This document shows positions 18,463 through 26,821 of a stretch of 64,000 nt of DNA, in pieces. Location: NCBI GenBank assembly GCA_002683135.1, contig NYSS01000005.1:35473-99472 (forward strand), in the 5' to 3' direction. A program made the translations under genes and the position numbers. Below the pieces are notes generated by a model. It had not been told where the DNA came from, searched no databases, and saw only the letters and a list, made by a program, of their open reading frames with translations. How positions within the stretch are numbered: position 1 is the stretch's first letter; each line of letters opens with the position of its first letter. This DNA is from Planctomycetota bacterium. Its GTDB lineage: Bacteria > Planctomycetota > GCA-002687715.

Positions 18463-19700
18463 GAAGAAGCTCCCGAAGGAACGCTGTCACCGTCCCCCCC
18501 TTGGGGCAGAGTCTGCGCCCCCCCACCCGGGGGGCTTGGGTTGGAGGCGGGGGCAGAGGTTGCCACGTCGGCGAGCGCCGACACAAGGACATCCACCTCC
18601 GACTCCCCGATGATCAACGGCGGCATCAGGCGCACCACGTTCGGGTCGCTGGCCCCTCCGGCGAGCACCCCTCGCTCCCGAAGCCACGGCAGGACTTCCG
18701 CCGCGGGACGATCGCAGACAAGCCCGACGAGCAGGCCGCGGCCCTGGACCGCGACCACTGGACCCGTGACGCACCGCGCTGCGATGGACTCCCCCACGGT
18801 CAGTACACGATCAAGGAACCCAGGGGCGCGCAAGCGCGCGACCACCTCGCGGACCATCGCGCATGCAAGCGGGCCGCCGCCAAACGTCGTGCCGAGGGCG
18901 CCCGGGGTCAGCGCGTCGGCGAGGTCGCTGCGCGCGATGACCGCGCCCGCGGGGAAACCGCCGGCGAGACCCTTGGCGGTGGTGATGATGTCAGGGACGA
19001 CGCCCGAGTCGTCGATCGCGAACATCGACCCGGTGCGACCCATCCCGCACTGCACCTCGTCGGAGATCAGCAGCGCGCCGCGACGCGACGACTCCGAACG
19101 CGCGACCTGCAAGACCTCTTGGCTCAGCGGTCGCGCGCCGGCGATGCCCTGCACCGGCTCAAGGATGACGGCGGCGACGTCGTCGTCGATGGCGGAACGA
19201 AGGGCGTCTCCGTCATCCGGCGCGACCCATGTCACGTCGAACGGGGCCCGGGGAAACGCATACCACTTCTGATTGCCGTGGGTGCAGGCTCCTGCGGCCG
19301 CCGTCCGGCCGTGAAAGCCGCCCTCGAGCGCGACGACCCGCGTTCGATCGGTCGCCCTGAACGCCAATCGCAACGCGTTCTCGTTCGCCTCGGCGCCAGA
19401 GTTGACCATGAAGACGCGGTCGAGCCCGGCTGGGGCGACCGACGCCAGATCCGCGTGTGCGAGACGACGCACCTCCATCTCGACAAGGTTGGTCTGGAAG
19501 TGGATGCGCTCCGCTTGCCCCTGCATGGCGGCGAGCAACCCAGGGTCGCCATAGCCCAGCGACGCAACCGCATGCCCACCGTAGAAGTCGATGAACTCGC
19601 GGCCGTCAGCGGTCCGGACCCGCACCCCGTCCCCATCCACGACGTCAAAGTCGAGGCGCTTGTAGACGGGAAATTCGTAGCCCGCGCTCATCATCCCCAC
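18459..19700 (-). CDS. argD: Acetylornithine aminotransferase (class III PLP aminotransferase) with a low-complexity C-terminal tail
   Basis: FIDFYGGHAVASLGYGDP, SGAEANENALRLA and ISDEVQCGMGRTG. An in-frame ATG at 19694 gives an ATGA overlap with the argC stop. Confidence 0.9.
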   Translation of the reverse strand: MGMMSAGYEFPVYKRLDFDVVDGDGVRVRTADGREFIDFYGGHAVASLGYGDPGLLAAMQGQAERIHFQTNLVEMEVRRLAHADLASVAPAGLDRVFMVNSGAEANENALRLAFRATDRTRVVALEGGFHGRTAAAGACTHGNQKWYAFPRAPFDVTWVAPDDGDALRSAIDDDVAAVILEPVQGIAGARPLSQEVLQVARSESSRRGALLISDEVQCGMGRTGSMFAIDDSGVVPDIITTAKGLAGGFPAGAVIARSDLADALTPGALGTTFGGGPLACAMVREVVARLRAPGFLDRVLTVGESIAARCVTGPVVAVQGRGLLVGLVCDRPAAEVLPWLRERGVLAGGASDPNVVRLMPPLIIGESEVDVLVSALADVATSAPASNPSPPGGGAQTLPQGGDGDSVPSGASS

Positions 19701-20749
19701 CCCAGGCCCGCGAGCTCCAGGCCCGAGGACTCGTCGAGATCACACAGGCGATTCATCCACTGGATCGCGCCGCCGGCGGCGCCCTTCACCAGGTTGTCGA
19801 TGACCGACATGACCACGGCCGACGTGCCCGTGGCCGCCACGCCAATCCGGCATCGGTTGGTCCCCACCACCTCCTTGAGCGCCGGGGGCGTCGCCGAAAC
19901 GCCGACGAACGGCGCGTCCGCGTAGAAGGCTGCGTAGGCGTCCGCCAGCGATGCCGTGTCCATCGGGTGCGCGAGGTCGACGTGAACCGTCGCGTGAATC
20001 CCGCGCGCAAACGGGCCCGAGTGGGGCACGAATCGAACCTCGGGGGCAGGCCCGCCCAGCCGGCCGAGCAGCATCTCCATCTCTGGCGCGTGCCGGTGAA
20101 TCAGCGGACGGTACGCCTTCAGGTTCCCGAAGCGCGACGGGTGATGGGTCGTCTCGCTCGGCTTGGCGCCACTCCCCGTGCTCCCCGTCACCGCGCTGAC
20201 CCGATACGGCGGCGAGGCGAGGCCGAGGGCCACCAAAGGCGCGCAGGCCAGCGTGACCGCCGTCGTGAAGCAACCCGGATGGGCCACGTGCTCCGACGGC
20301 GCCGACGGCTCGAGCTCCGGGATCGCGCACGAAAACGAAGGGCACCGCTCGGGGGCCCCATGCGACTCGCCGTAGACTTCCGTCCACGCCGCCGCGTCAG
20401 GCAACCGAAAGTCCGCAGAGAGGTCCACCACCTTCATGTTGGCGCGCGCCCCCTCCGCCGACGCCAGCAGCCCATCCAGGATTCGCGCCGCCTGGCCGTG
20501 TGGCAAGCAGGAGAACAGGGCGACCGGGCCATCGGTGTCGAGAAGCGCGTCGACAGCGTCTGCGGATACGAACGTCTCCGCCGGCCAAACGCCGGCGAGA
20601 TGAGGGAACGCCTCCGCTATGCGCGTCCCGGTCTTCGACCGGGAGACCGCCGCCCGCAGCCGCATCACGGGGTGCCCGGAGAGCAACCGCAGGAGCTCTC
20701 CGGCGACGTAACCTCCCGACCCGAGCACCACCACAGGGATCTCAGCCAT
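19691..20749 (-). CDS. argC: N-acetyl-gamma-glutamyl-phosphate reductase
   Basis: IPVVVLGSGGYVAGELLRLLSGHP, catalytic-Cys region HPGCFTTA. Start taken at MAEIP (ATG 20749). Confidence 0.9.
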   Translation of the reverse strand: MAEIPVVVLGSGGYVAGELLRLLSGHPVMRLRAAVSRSKTGTRIAEAFPHLAGVWPAETFVSADAVDALLDTDGPVALFSCLPHGQAARILDGLLASAEGARANMKVVDLSADFRLPDAAAWTEVYGESHGAPERCPSFSCAIPELEPSAPSEHVAHPGCFTTAVTLACAPLVALGLASPPYRVSAVTGSTGSGAKPSETTHHPSRFGNLKAYRPLIHRHAPEMEMLLGRLGGPAPEVRFVPHSGPFARGIHATVHVDLAHPMDTASLADAYAAFYADAPFVGVSATPPALKEVVGTNRCRIGVAATGTSAVVMSVIDNLVKGAAGGAIQWMNRLCDLDESSGLELAGLGWG

Positions 20750-21815
20750 CGGCCCTCTCCGCATCGCCACCTCTGCCCAGGCAACCCAGGACGTGCTCCG
20801 CAAGCTCCGCCGGACACGTCCGCGCGTTGAGCCCAGCGACGCCGATCTTCTCGCGGATCAAGTCCGTCCCGGCGACGTTGTCGGTCGCGGGTCCGGTGAT
20901 CGCCGCCGTCTCGATCCCGAAGCGGTCGACCAGCTGACGGTGGCCGCCCCAGGCTCCTACGGGATCATTCGCCGCCAGCACGACCGCCGTCAGCGCGTCT
21001 CGGATGTCGCTCGCCTCGAGGATCGCGTCAACCCCGTAGTCCCCCATCAGGCCATCCCCGAGCTCGAGGACAATCACGTCCGGCCGCGACGCGGAGAGCG
21101 CCGTCAGCATGGTGCGCGTCAGCGCGGGCGCGTTCGACCGCTGCGTCGTCACGATACCGAGGTCGGTGAAGACCATGGTCTCCCGCGCGCCCGCGTCCTC
21201 CATCGCGTGGACGTCGCGCCGCAAGCTGACACCGGTGGCCTTCGCCGCCGCGACCCTCAGCCGTGAACGAGCGAACTCCTGAATGAGGCTCGTGCACGCG
21301 AACGTCTTTCCGGAGTTCATGCACGTCCCGACCACCGCCACCACGGGGATGTCCCCCACGTCCAGCCGGTCGGTCAGCTCTCGCGCCCCCTGCCGGATGT
21401 TCGCGGGCACGCCAATGCGCTCGCCGAGATACGGGAAGTGCAGCACCTGGCCGAGCACTTCGCACTCAAACGGTGGCCCGATGTCCGGATTGCTGGAGGT
21501 GCAAACCCCCAGGCAGCCGCCGATGTTCAGCAAGTTCAGGACATCGCCCGGGGCAATCTGCTCCGGGATGTGCCCCGCGTATCCCATCAGGGCGCGCCGG
21601 TGCCCGAGCGCACCCGCGACGACGTCTCCAGGCTTCAGGTGGGAGAAGCGCCCCGTCGTGAGCTCGAGCTTGTTGTAGGTGGACTTGCGTGAAGTCACCC
21701 GCACCGCGATGACGTCACCTTCTTCGCACGGGAACGTCGACCCGAGCTTGACCTCGCGGGGCAAGTGGCAGTTCGAGGTCACGGAGGCGATCTTGTCGAC
21801 GACGACGGACTTCAT
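20742..21815 (-). CDS. Uncharacterised two-domain P-loop protein embedded in the arg operon
   Basis: The ATG at 21815 overlaps the argG stop (ATGA), and the stop overlaps the argC start by 8 nt. The N-terminal domain is beta-rich (EEGDVIAVRV, LKPGDVVAG, IAPGDVLNLL). The C-terminal half has VVGTCMNSGKTFACT (GTxxxxGKT) and DVIVLELGDGL. Confidence 0.75.
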   Translation of the reverse strand: MKSVVVDKIASVTSNCHLPREVKLGSTFPCEEGDVIAVRVTSRKSTYNKLELTTGRFSHLKPGDVVAGALGHRRALMGYAGHIPEQIAPGDVLNLLNIGGCLGVCTSSNPDIGPPFECEVLGQVLHFPYLGERIGVPANIRQGARELTDRLDVGDIPVVAVVGTCMNSGKTFACTSLIQEFARSRLRVAAAKATGVSLRRDVHAMEDAGARETMVFTDLGIVTTQRSNAPALTRTMLTALSASRPDVIVLELGDGLMGDYGVDAILEASDIRDALTAVVLAANDPVGAWGGHRQLVDRFGIETAAITGPATDNVAGTDLIREKIGVAGLNARTCPAELAEHVLGCLGRGGDAERADG

Positions 21816-23020
21816 TGCTGGCTCCGATCGCCGGCGCGGGCATGGAGTTGCCCCGGGATTCCAACGATGCGCGAGAACCCGGCGGCGTCGGCCGGGGTCC
21901 ACTCCCCAATCGCTTCGCCATAGAGGGCGGACGACGCGTCGCGCAACGACCATGGCGAGGTGACCCCGTCGACGAACACGCTGCCTGGGCGCAGCGTCAA
22001 CGTCACGTCCCCGGTGACGCGAGACTGGGACGACGACATCAGGGACTCGATATCCCTGCAGGTCGGCTCGAGGAACTGGCCCGCGTGCACGAGGTCGCCG
22101 TAGACGCGAGAGACGTGGTCCTTCACGGTCTGCTGCTGGGCCGTCAACACGAGCTTCTCAAGCTCGCGGTGAGCGGTGATGAGAACGGTCGCCGCCGGCG
22201 CCTCGAAGGCGACGCGGCCCTTGACCCCGAGCACGGTCTCGCCCAGGTGAATGCCGCGACCGATGCCGAACCCTGAGGCCAGCGCGTCGACGCGTTCGAT
22301 CGTATCGACGGCCGAGCCCGCCTCTCCGTCGACCGCGACCGGGACCCCGCGCTCGAACGAAATCACGTGACGCTCGGCTTCGCGAGGGTTCTCAAACGCG
22401 CCGCGGGTCCGGACCCACGCGTCCTCGGGCAGTGACTCCTTCGTGTCCAGGGTCTCGCGGCCCCCGATCGTGACGCCCCACAGCCCGCTGTTGATGGAAT
22501 ACGAGCCGGTAGAGTCCGCGATGGTGAAGCCCTGCTTTGCGAGAAACGCGATCTCATCCTCGCGGCTCGGGGCCAGATCCCGCACCGGGGCGATGATCTC
22601 GATCTCCGGAGCCGCGGTCCGGAGCGCCACCTCGAACCGCACCTGATCGTTGCCAGCCGCGGTGCATCCGTGGGCGACCGCCGAGACACCCAGCTCGTTG
22701 GCGATCCGGGCGACCTCGCGGGCCTGCAGGCTGCGCTCGGCGCCCACGCACAGGGGATAGAGCTGGCCGCGGAGGACGTTGCCCATCAACAAGAAGCGGA
22801 TCACCTCCTCGAAGAAGGTGTCGCGCGCGTCCACGTGCACGTGCCTCTTGGCGCCAAGCTGGGCGCTGCGCTCTTCGAGCGAGCGCAATTCGTCCGGGTC
22901 GATCCCGCCCACGTCGACGTTGACGGTGATGATCTCCGCGCCCAGCGTCTCTGCCAGATGGGGGATACACCAGCTGGTGTCGAGGCCGCCTGAGTACGCG
23001 AGCGCAATGGTGTCAGCCAT
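21812..23020 (-). CDS. argG: Argininosuccinate synthase
   Basis: IALAYSGGLDTS, GCTAAGNDQVRFE. Start at MADTIAL (ATG 23020), overlapping the argR stop by 8 nt. Confidence 0.9.
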   Translation of the reverse strand: MADTIALAYSGGLDTSWCIPHLAETLGAEIITVNVDVGGIDPDELRSLEERSAQLGAKRHVHVDARDTFFEEVIRFLLMGNVLRGQLYPLCVGAERSLQAREVARIANELGVSAVAHGCTAAGNDQVRFEVALRTAAPEIEIIAPVRDLAPSREDEIAFLAKQGFTIADSTGSYSINSGLWGVTIGGRETLDTKESLPEDAWVRTRGAFENPREAERHVISFERGVPVAVDGEAGSAVDTIERVDALASGFGIGRGIHLGETVLGVKGRVAFEAPAATVLITAHRELEKLVLTAQQQTVKDHVSRVYGDLVHAGQFLEPTCRDIESLMSSSQSRVTGDVTLTLRPGSVFVDGVTSPWSLRDASSALYGEAIGEWTPADAAGFSRIVGIPGQLHARAGDRSQQ

Positions 23021-23489
23021 CGTTGGATTCCCTTCCGACCAGCTCCCCGATCCGGCGCCGCAGTCCGGTCGCCGCACGCGGACCTCCCACTGCGACGAAC
23101 AAGGTGTCGTCGCCCGCGACCGTCCCGACGATCTCCGGCCAGGCCGCGCCGTCGATGATGCTGCCCACGCGAGACGCCGCGCCGATGACGGTGTGGAGGA
23201 CCACCAGGTTTGGCCCGGCGGACGAAATCCCGGTCACCGCATCACGCATGGTCTCTTGAAGCGCGGCGCCATTGGTGGGGCCGCCAGCGGGCGGGGTCAG
23301 GCGGTAAGCGCCGCCGACCTTGCTGATCGGCAAGCTCCGCAGGTCACGCGAGACCGAGGACTGGGTCACGCTCAGGCCGAGCTCCGTCAGCCGGCGGACC
23401 AGCTCCTCCTGGCTCCGGACAGAGTGCGCCGCGATGATGTTCCGAATCGCATCGAGGCGCTGTTCGCGTTGACGTGGATCGACTGGCAT
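23013..23489 (-). CDS. argR: Arginine repressor
   Basis: The N-terminal winged helix (RLDAIRNIIAAHSVRSQEELVRRLTELGLSVTQSSVSRDL) and C-terminal oligomerisation/arginine-binding domain (GTVAGDDTLFV) are typical of ArgR/AhrC. Confidence 0.85.
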   Translation of the reverse strand: MPVDPRQREQRLDAIRNIIAAHSVRSQEELVRRLTELGLSVTQSSVSRDLRSLPISKVGGAYRLTPPAGGPTNGAALQETMRDAVTGISSAGPNLVVLHTVIGAASRVGSIIDGAAWPEIVGTVAGDDTLFVAVGGPRAATGLRRRIGELVGRESNDG

Positions 23490-23500
23490 GGGCTCTCTCT

Positions 23501-23540
23501 ATGCGCATTATCGTCCGAAAATGCTCATAAATAAGCAAGC
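23501..23540 (-). promoter_or_regulatory. Candidate ARG-box operator / promoter region of the arg operon
   Basis: Locally AT-rich stretch directly upstream of argR. ATGCGCATTA (23501) and ATGCTCATAA (23521) repeat with 20-nt spacing. There is an imperfect palindrome TGCTCATAAATAAGCA (23522-23537) and a GATAAT -10-like hexamer on the coding strand. Confidence 0.3.
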
Positions 23541-23687
23541 TCCGCCGCAAAACTCGGTGAAAAAACCCGCAAATCCTTATTCTGCCTCGGCTTGAGGACG
23601 GCGCCGCTGGGCTGGCTCGTCGCCTGGGGCGGCGCTTCGGCGGATTGATCGGCCTTCGCCACCTCGGTCCTCGGCAGGCCTGCTCGA

Positions 23688-25025
23688 TCAGTTGATCTGA
23701 ACGGTGACCGCGTTCGTCACGCTCCACGCGACACCGGGTCCGGCGGCGGAGTTCGTGTCCAAGATCACGCCCTGGATCGTCGCGGTCACCGGGGCACCGA
23801 ATCCTGTGGGATAGCTGAGGACCGTAGACGGGGCAGGCGACACCAAGAAGATGGGCGTTCCCAACAAGGACTCCGCTCCGATCGTGTTCGCAACGACAAT
23901 CGGAGCGCCGCCAAACAGCGGGGGCGCGAAGCACATCGACCCGATGCCATTCGTCACATCGGTCACATCGCCAAGAACCGGTTCGCCGAAGAAAGCATAG
24001 AGAACGAAGTGCGCTGGGATCGTCGTGCCTGTCGGCGCGCTGAGAGTCAGGTCGAACGCCGCTGACTGCGTCAGAAAGACGCGACGCATCGCGTCGCCCG
24101 CCTGCCCGGACACCAGGAGGACGTCTTCCGGGATCACCGCAGCGCCTAACCCGACCGTGCCGGCCCGCGACAGGACCCGCGGGCTGGTCTGCCAGGCCAT
24201 GTTGCGCCCTGTCGTCACGCCGACCAGCGGCCATGAACCGAGCAGCGCACCTTGAGTGTCATACCGGTGCACCGTCGATGCACCGAAGTTGGAAATGGTC
24301 AGGTCACCAAACTGATCGACGGCAATCCCCTGGGGCGCGGACAGAGTGCCCTGGCCGAACGACAACAACGGATTCCACGCTGCGTCGAACTTGATGATCC
24401 AGCCCGAAGAGCCATTCGAAACGAAGCGGGCGCCCTGGCCGTCCGACGCGATCGACATCGGAGAGCTCATGTTGGGGTGCCCCACCGTCCCCACCATCGT
24501 GTGCGTGGCGTCGAAGCGGTACACGAGATTGGCCGTCGCCGAGGTCACGGCGAAGGCGCCGGTTCCACTCGTGTCGAACGACACGCAATTGACGCCATTC
24601 ATCCCGGCAGCGGTGATCGTCGTCACGTAGCTCCAGGCCGCGTCAAACACGACGACGCGTCCGGGGCTGAAGCTCCCCACATACCAGTTCCCGTTGGGTG
24701 CTCGCGAGATCCCTGTTCCGCTCGTCAGGTCCGGGTGCGTCACCGTTTGCAGGTGCGTACCGTCTGGTGCGAGCCTGAGAATCCGCGAGCTGGTCTGAAC
24801 GACGACGATCAGGTTGCCATCGTCGTCCACGGCGACCCCCCGGGGATTGGTCATCGTCGGGTGCGTGAACGTCCGCAGCAGCGTCCCGCCCGGCAAATAC
24901 TCGCCGACGTTGGCGCTCGAGTATCCGGAGATGTACAGATTCCCTGTCTGCGTCGGCGGCAGTGGCCAGCCTTGCGCCGCGACAGCCGATGCGAGCGTGA
25001 CGACTGTGATGAGTAGGCGCGCCAT
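23688..25025 (-). CDS. Secreted NHL-repeat beta-propeller protein
   Basis: Signal peptide MARLLITVVTLASAVAAQG, then about six repeats of the type PRGVAVDDDGNLIVV, GISRAPNGNWYVG, PMSIASDGQGARFVS and PQGIAVDQFGDLTIS. Confidence 0.75.
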   Translation of the reverse strand: MARLLITVVTLASAVAAQGWPLPPTQTGNLYISGYSSANVGEYLPGGTLLRTFTHPTMTNPRGVAVDDDGNLIVVVQTSSRILRLAPDGTHLQTVTHPDLTSGTGISRAPNGNWYVGSFSPGRVVVFDAAWSYVTTITAAGMNGVNCVSFDTSGTGAFAVTSATANLVYRFDATHTMVGTVGHPNMSSPMSIASDGQGARFVSNGSSGWIIKFDAAWNPLLSFGQGTLSAPQGIAVDQFGDLTISNFGASTVHRYDTQGALLGSWPLVGVTTGRNMAWQTSPRVLSRAGTVGLGAAVIPEDVLLVSGQAGDAMRRVFLTQSAAFDLTLSAPTGTTIPAHFVLYAFFGEPVLGDVTDVTNGIGSMCFAPPLFGGAPIVVANTIGAESLLGTPIFLVSPAPSTVLSYPTGFGAPVTATIQGVILDTNSAAGPGVAWSVTNAVTVQIN

Positions 25026-25216
25026 CGATGGGTCCTCAAGATGCAGAACTAACGAGTCTCCAGAGTACCCCATGGGCCCAGCGCGGACCGGGTCGTCTCG
25101 GCCCGATGGGCGGCTTCATGGCTTCACCCAATCACCGCGCAGCTTGGCGGCTTCCGCGCGGACCTGCGACATGTCGAGGGAAATGGTCGACATGCCCGCC
25201 CTGTCCGGGTGGGGCC

Positions 25217-26089
25217 TCAGCCCCCGAGTTGGCCCGTCGTGCGGAAGTGGACCTTCGCGACCTCGGCGAGGATGTCGCGCCCGCGCTCCTTCACCAGCTC
25301 CCGGCCCGCCTTGAGGACCGGGCTGCCGGCGCCCTTCGGCAGCGGGCGGCCCGCCACATGCCGCAGCCGGTCGATGCCCCGAACGAACGCGTCGCGGGCA
25401 AGCAGCGAAGCCGCGGCGACCGCCGGATCGTCCTCGGCGCGGGGACGGGAGTGCAGGTCGATCTCGGAGGACCGGGCGCCCAGCGCGCGCTTGACGACCG
25501 ACTCGTCGCAGAACTTGTCGAGCAGCACGTGGTCGATGCCCGTCTTGTCCTTGACCGCGAGCATCGCCTTCCCGTGGGCCCAAGCCAAGAGGTGATTCAC
25601 GTTCTGGAACTTCGCATAGAGCTCGTTGTAGCGACGCGGCCCGATCACGATCACCTCGTGAGGCACCACGTTGCGCAAGTGCTCCGCAGCCCCGGCGATC
25701 TGCCGGTCACTCAGCGTCTTGCTGTCACATAACGGGATCTCATCGAGGAACTGCTCCTCCTCCGGGGTCATGGCCACCGCCGCCACGACAATGGGACCGA
25801 AGTAGTCCCCCTTCCCTGCTTCGTCACAGCCGATGGTCGCGACCTTAAGCCTGGGCTCCGGGAGACCCGTCAGCTCTTGCAATCGATGGAGGCGAAAGTC
25901 GGAGGCGCCCTTTCCTTGGACCACGAGCTTGCCGCTCGTGTACAAGACGACGCTCACGCTCTCCCCCTTGGCGCCGAAGCGGGCGTACTCCACCTCACGG
26001 AACTCGTACCCTGCGGAGCGGAGCATCTCCTCAAGCTGGGCGCCGGTCGCGTCGTCAATCCGATCCACAAACATGTTCAGTCCGGCCAT
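25217..26089 (-). CDS. rnhC: Ribonuclease HIII
   Basis: N-terminal TBP-like domain, then IGCDEAGKGDYFGPIVVAAV, CDSKTLSD and RAEDDPAVAAASLLAR. Confidence 0.85.
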   Translation of the reverse strand: MAGLNMFVDRIDDATGAQLEEMLRSAGYEFREVEYARFGAKGESVSVVLYTSGKLVVQGKGASDFRLHRLQELTGLPEPRLKVATIGCDEAGKGDYFGPIVVAAVAMTPEEEQFLDEIPLCDSKTLSDRQIAGAAEHLRNVVPHEVIVIGPRRYNELYAKFQNVNHLLAWAHGKAMLAVKDKTGIDHVLLDKFCDESVVKRALGARSSEIDLHSRPRAEDDPAVAAASLLARDAFVRGIDRLRHVAGRPLPKGAGSPVLKAGRELVKERGRDILAEVAKVHFRTTGQLGG

Positions 26090-26799
26090 GCAACTCCTGC
26101 CCTCGCCGCGGCTGTCCGTGACGCCTCTGTAAGTGCGCGCTCCACGCGGATCCGTTCGCGTTCGACCTCTTCACGAGTCCCCACCGCCGGGATGGCTATC
26201 GGCTCTCCGAACACCAGGTGCACGCGGCTAAACGGCTTCGGAATACGGTAGCGATCCCAGGTCTTCAGGTGCCACGCGCGCTCCGCAGCGATCCCGATGG
26301 GCGCGACCGGCAGGCCGGTCCGTGCCGCCAGCCAGACCGCGCCCGCCTGGAGAACATAACGCGGCCCACGCGGGCCGTCCGGGGTCACCGCCCAGCGCGG
26401 GGTCTCCCCGGGGGCCGAGGTCGAGCGCACCGCCTCCAGCAGCGCGCGGGCACCTTCCCCCGACGAGCTGCCCCTGACCGCGTCCACCCCGAAACGACGC
26501 ACGACACGCGCCGCGAACTCGCCGTCGCGCCCGGGGCTGATCAGCGCACGCACGCCACGCCGACACTCGTGCCCTAGGGGAATCATGAGGCCGTTGTGCC
26601 AGAACACGAAGATGATGCCTCGCTCCGACGCCGCCTTTCTCGCGCGCTCCCACCCGTCATCCCGAAATCGCACGGTCAGATACAGGCCACGGACCGCGAG
26701 GCTCGTCACCCCCGTCAGAAACCCGTTGCGGACACCGCGAAACAGACTGTTGCCGGCCCAGGACACGCCCCGATCATACGAAGGTGGCGGGCAAATCAC
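26077..26799 (-). CDS. DUF374 / lysophospholipid acyltransferase-like protein
   Basis: IIFVFWHNGLMIPLGH, ISPGRDGEFAARVVRRFG, AVTPDGPRGPRY. Overlaps the rnhC start by 13 nt. Confidence 0.7.
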   Translation of the reverse strand: MICPPPSYDRGVSWAGNSLFRGVRNGFLTGVTSLAVRGLYLTVRFRDDGWERARKAASERGIIFVFWHNGLMIPLGHECRRGVRALISPGRDGEFAARVVRRFGVDAVRGSSSGEGARALLEAVRSTSAPGETPRWAVTPDGPRGPRYVLQAGAVWLAARTGLPVAPIGIAAERAWHLKTWDRYRIPKPFSRVHLVFGEPIAIPAVGTREEVERERIRVERALTEASRTAAARAGVAWPD

Positions 26800-26821
26800 G
26801 CACTGACGGGGTTATGGTCTC

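Noticed and set aside
25116-25193. A 25-codon ORF (MSTISLDMSQVRAEAAKLRGDWVKP) lies just downstream of rnhC on the minus strand.
   Set aside because: It has no Shine-Dalgarno-like sequence and no recognisable motif. It is the tail of a spurious long ORF, and the region may simply be the rnhC 3' UTR.
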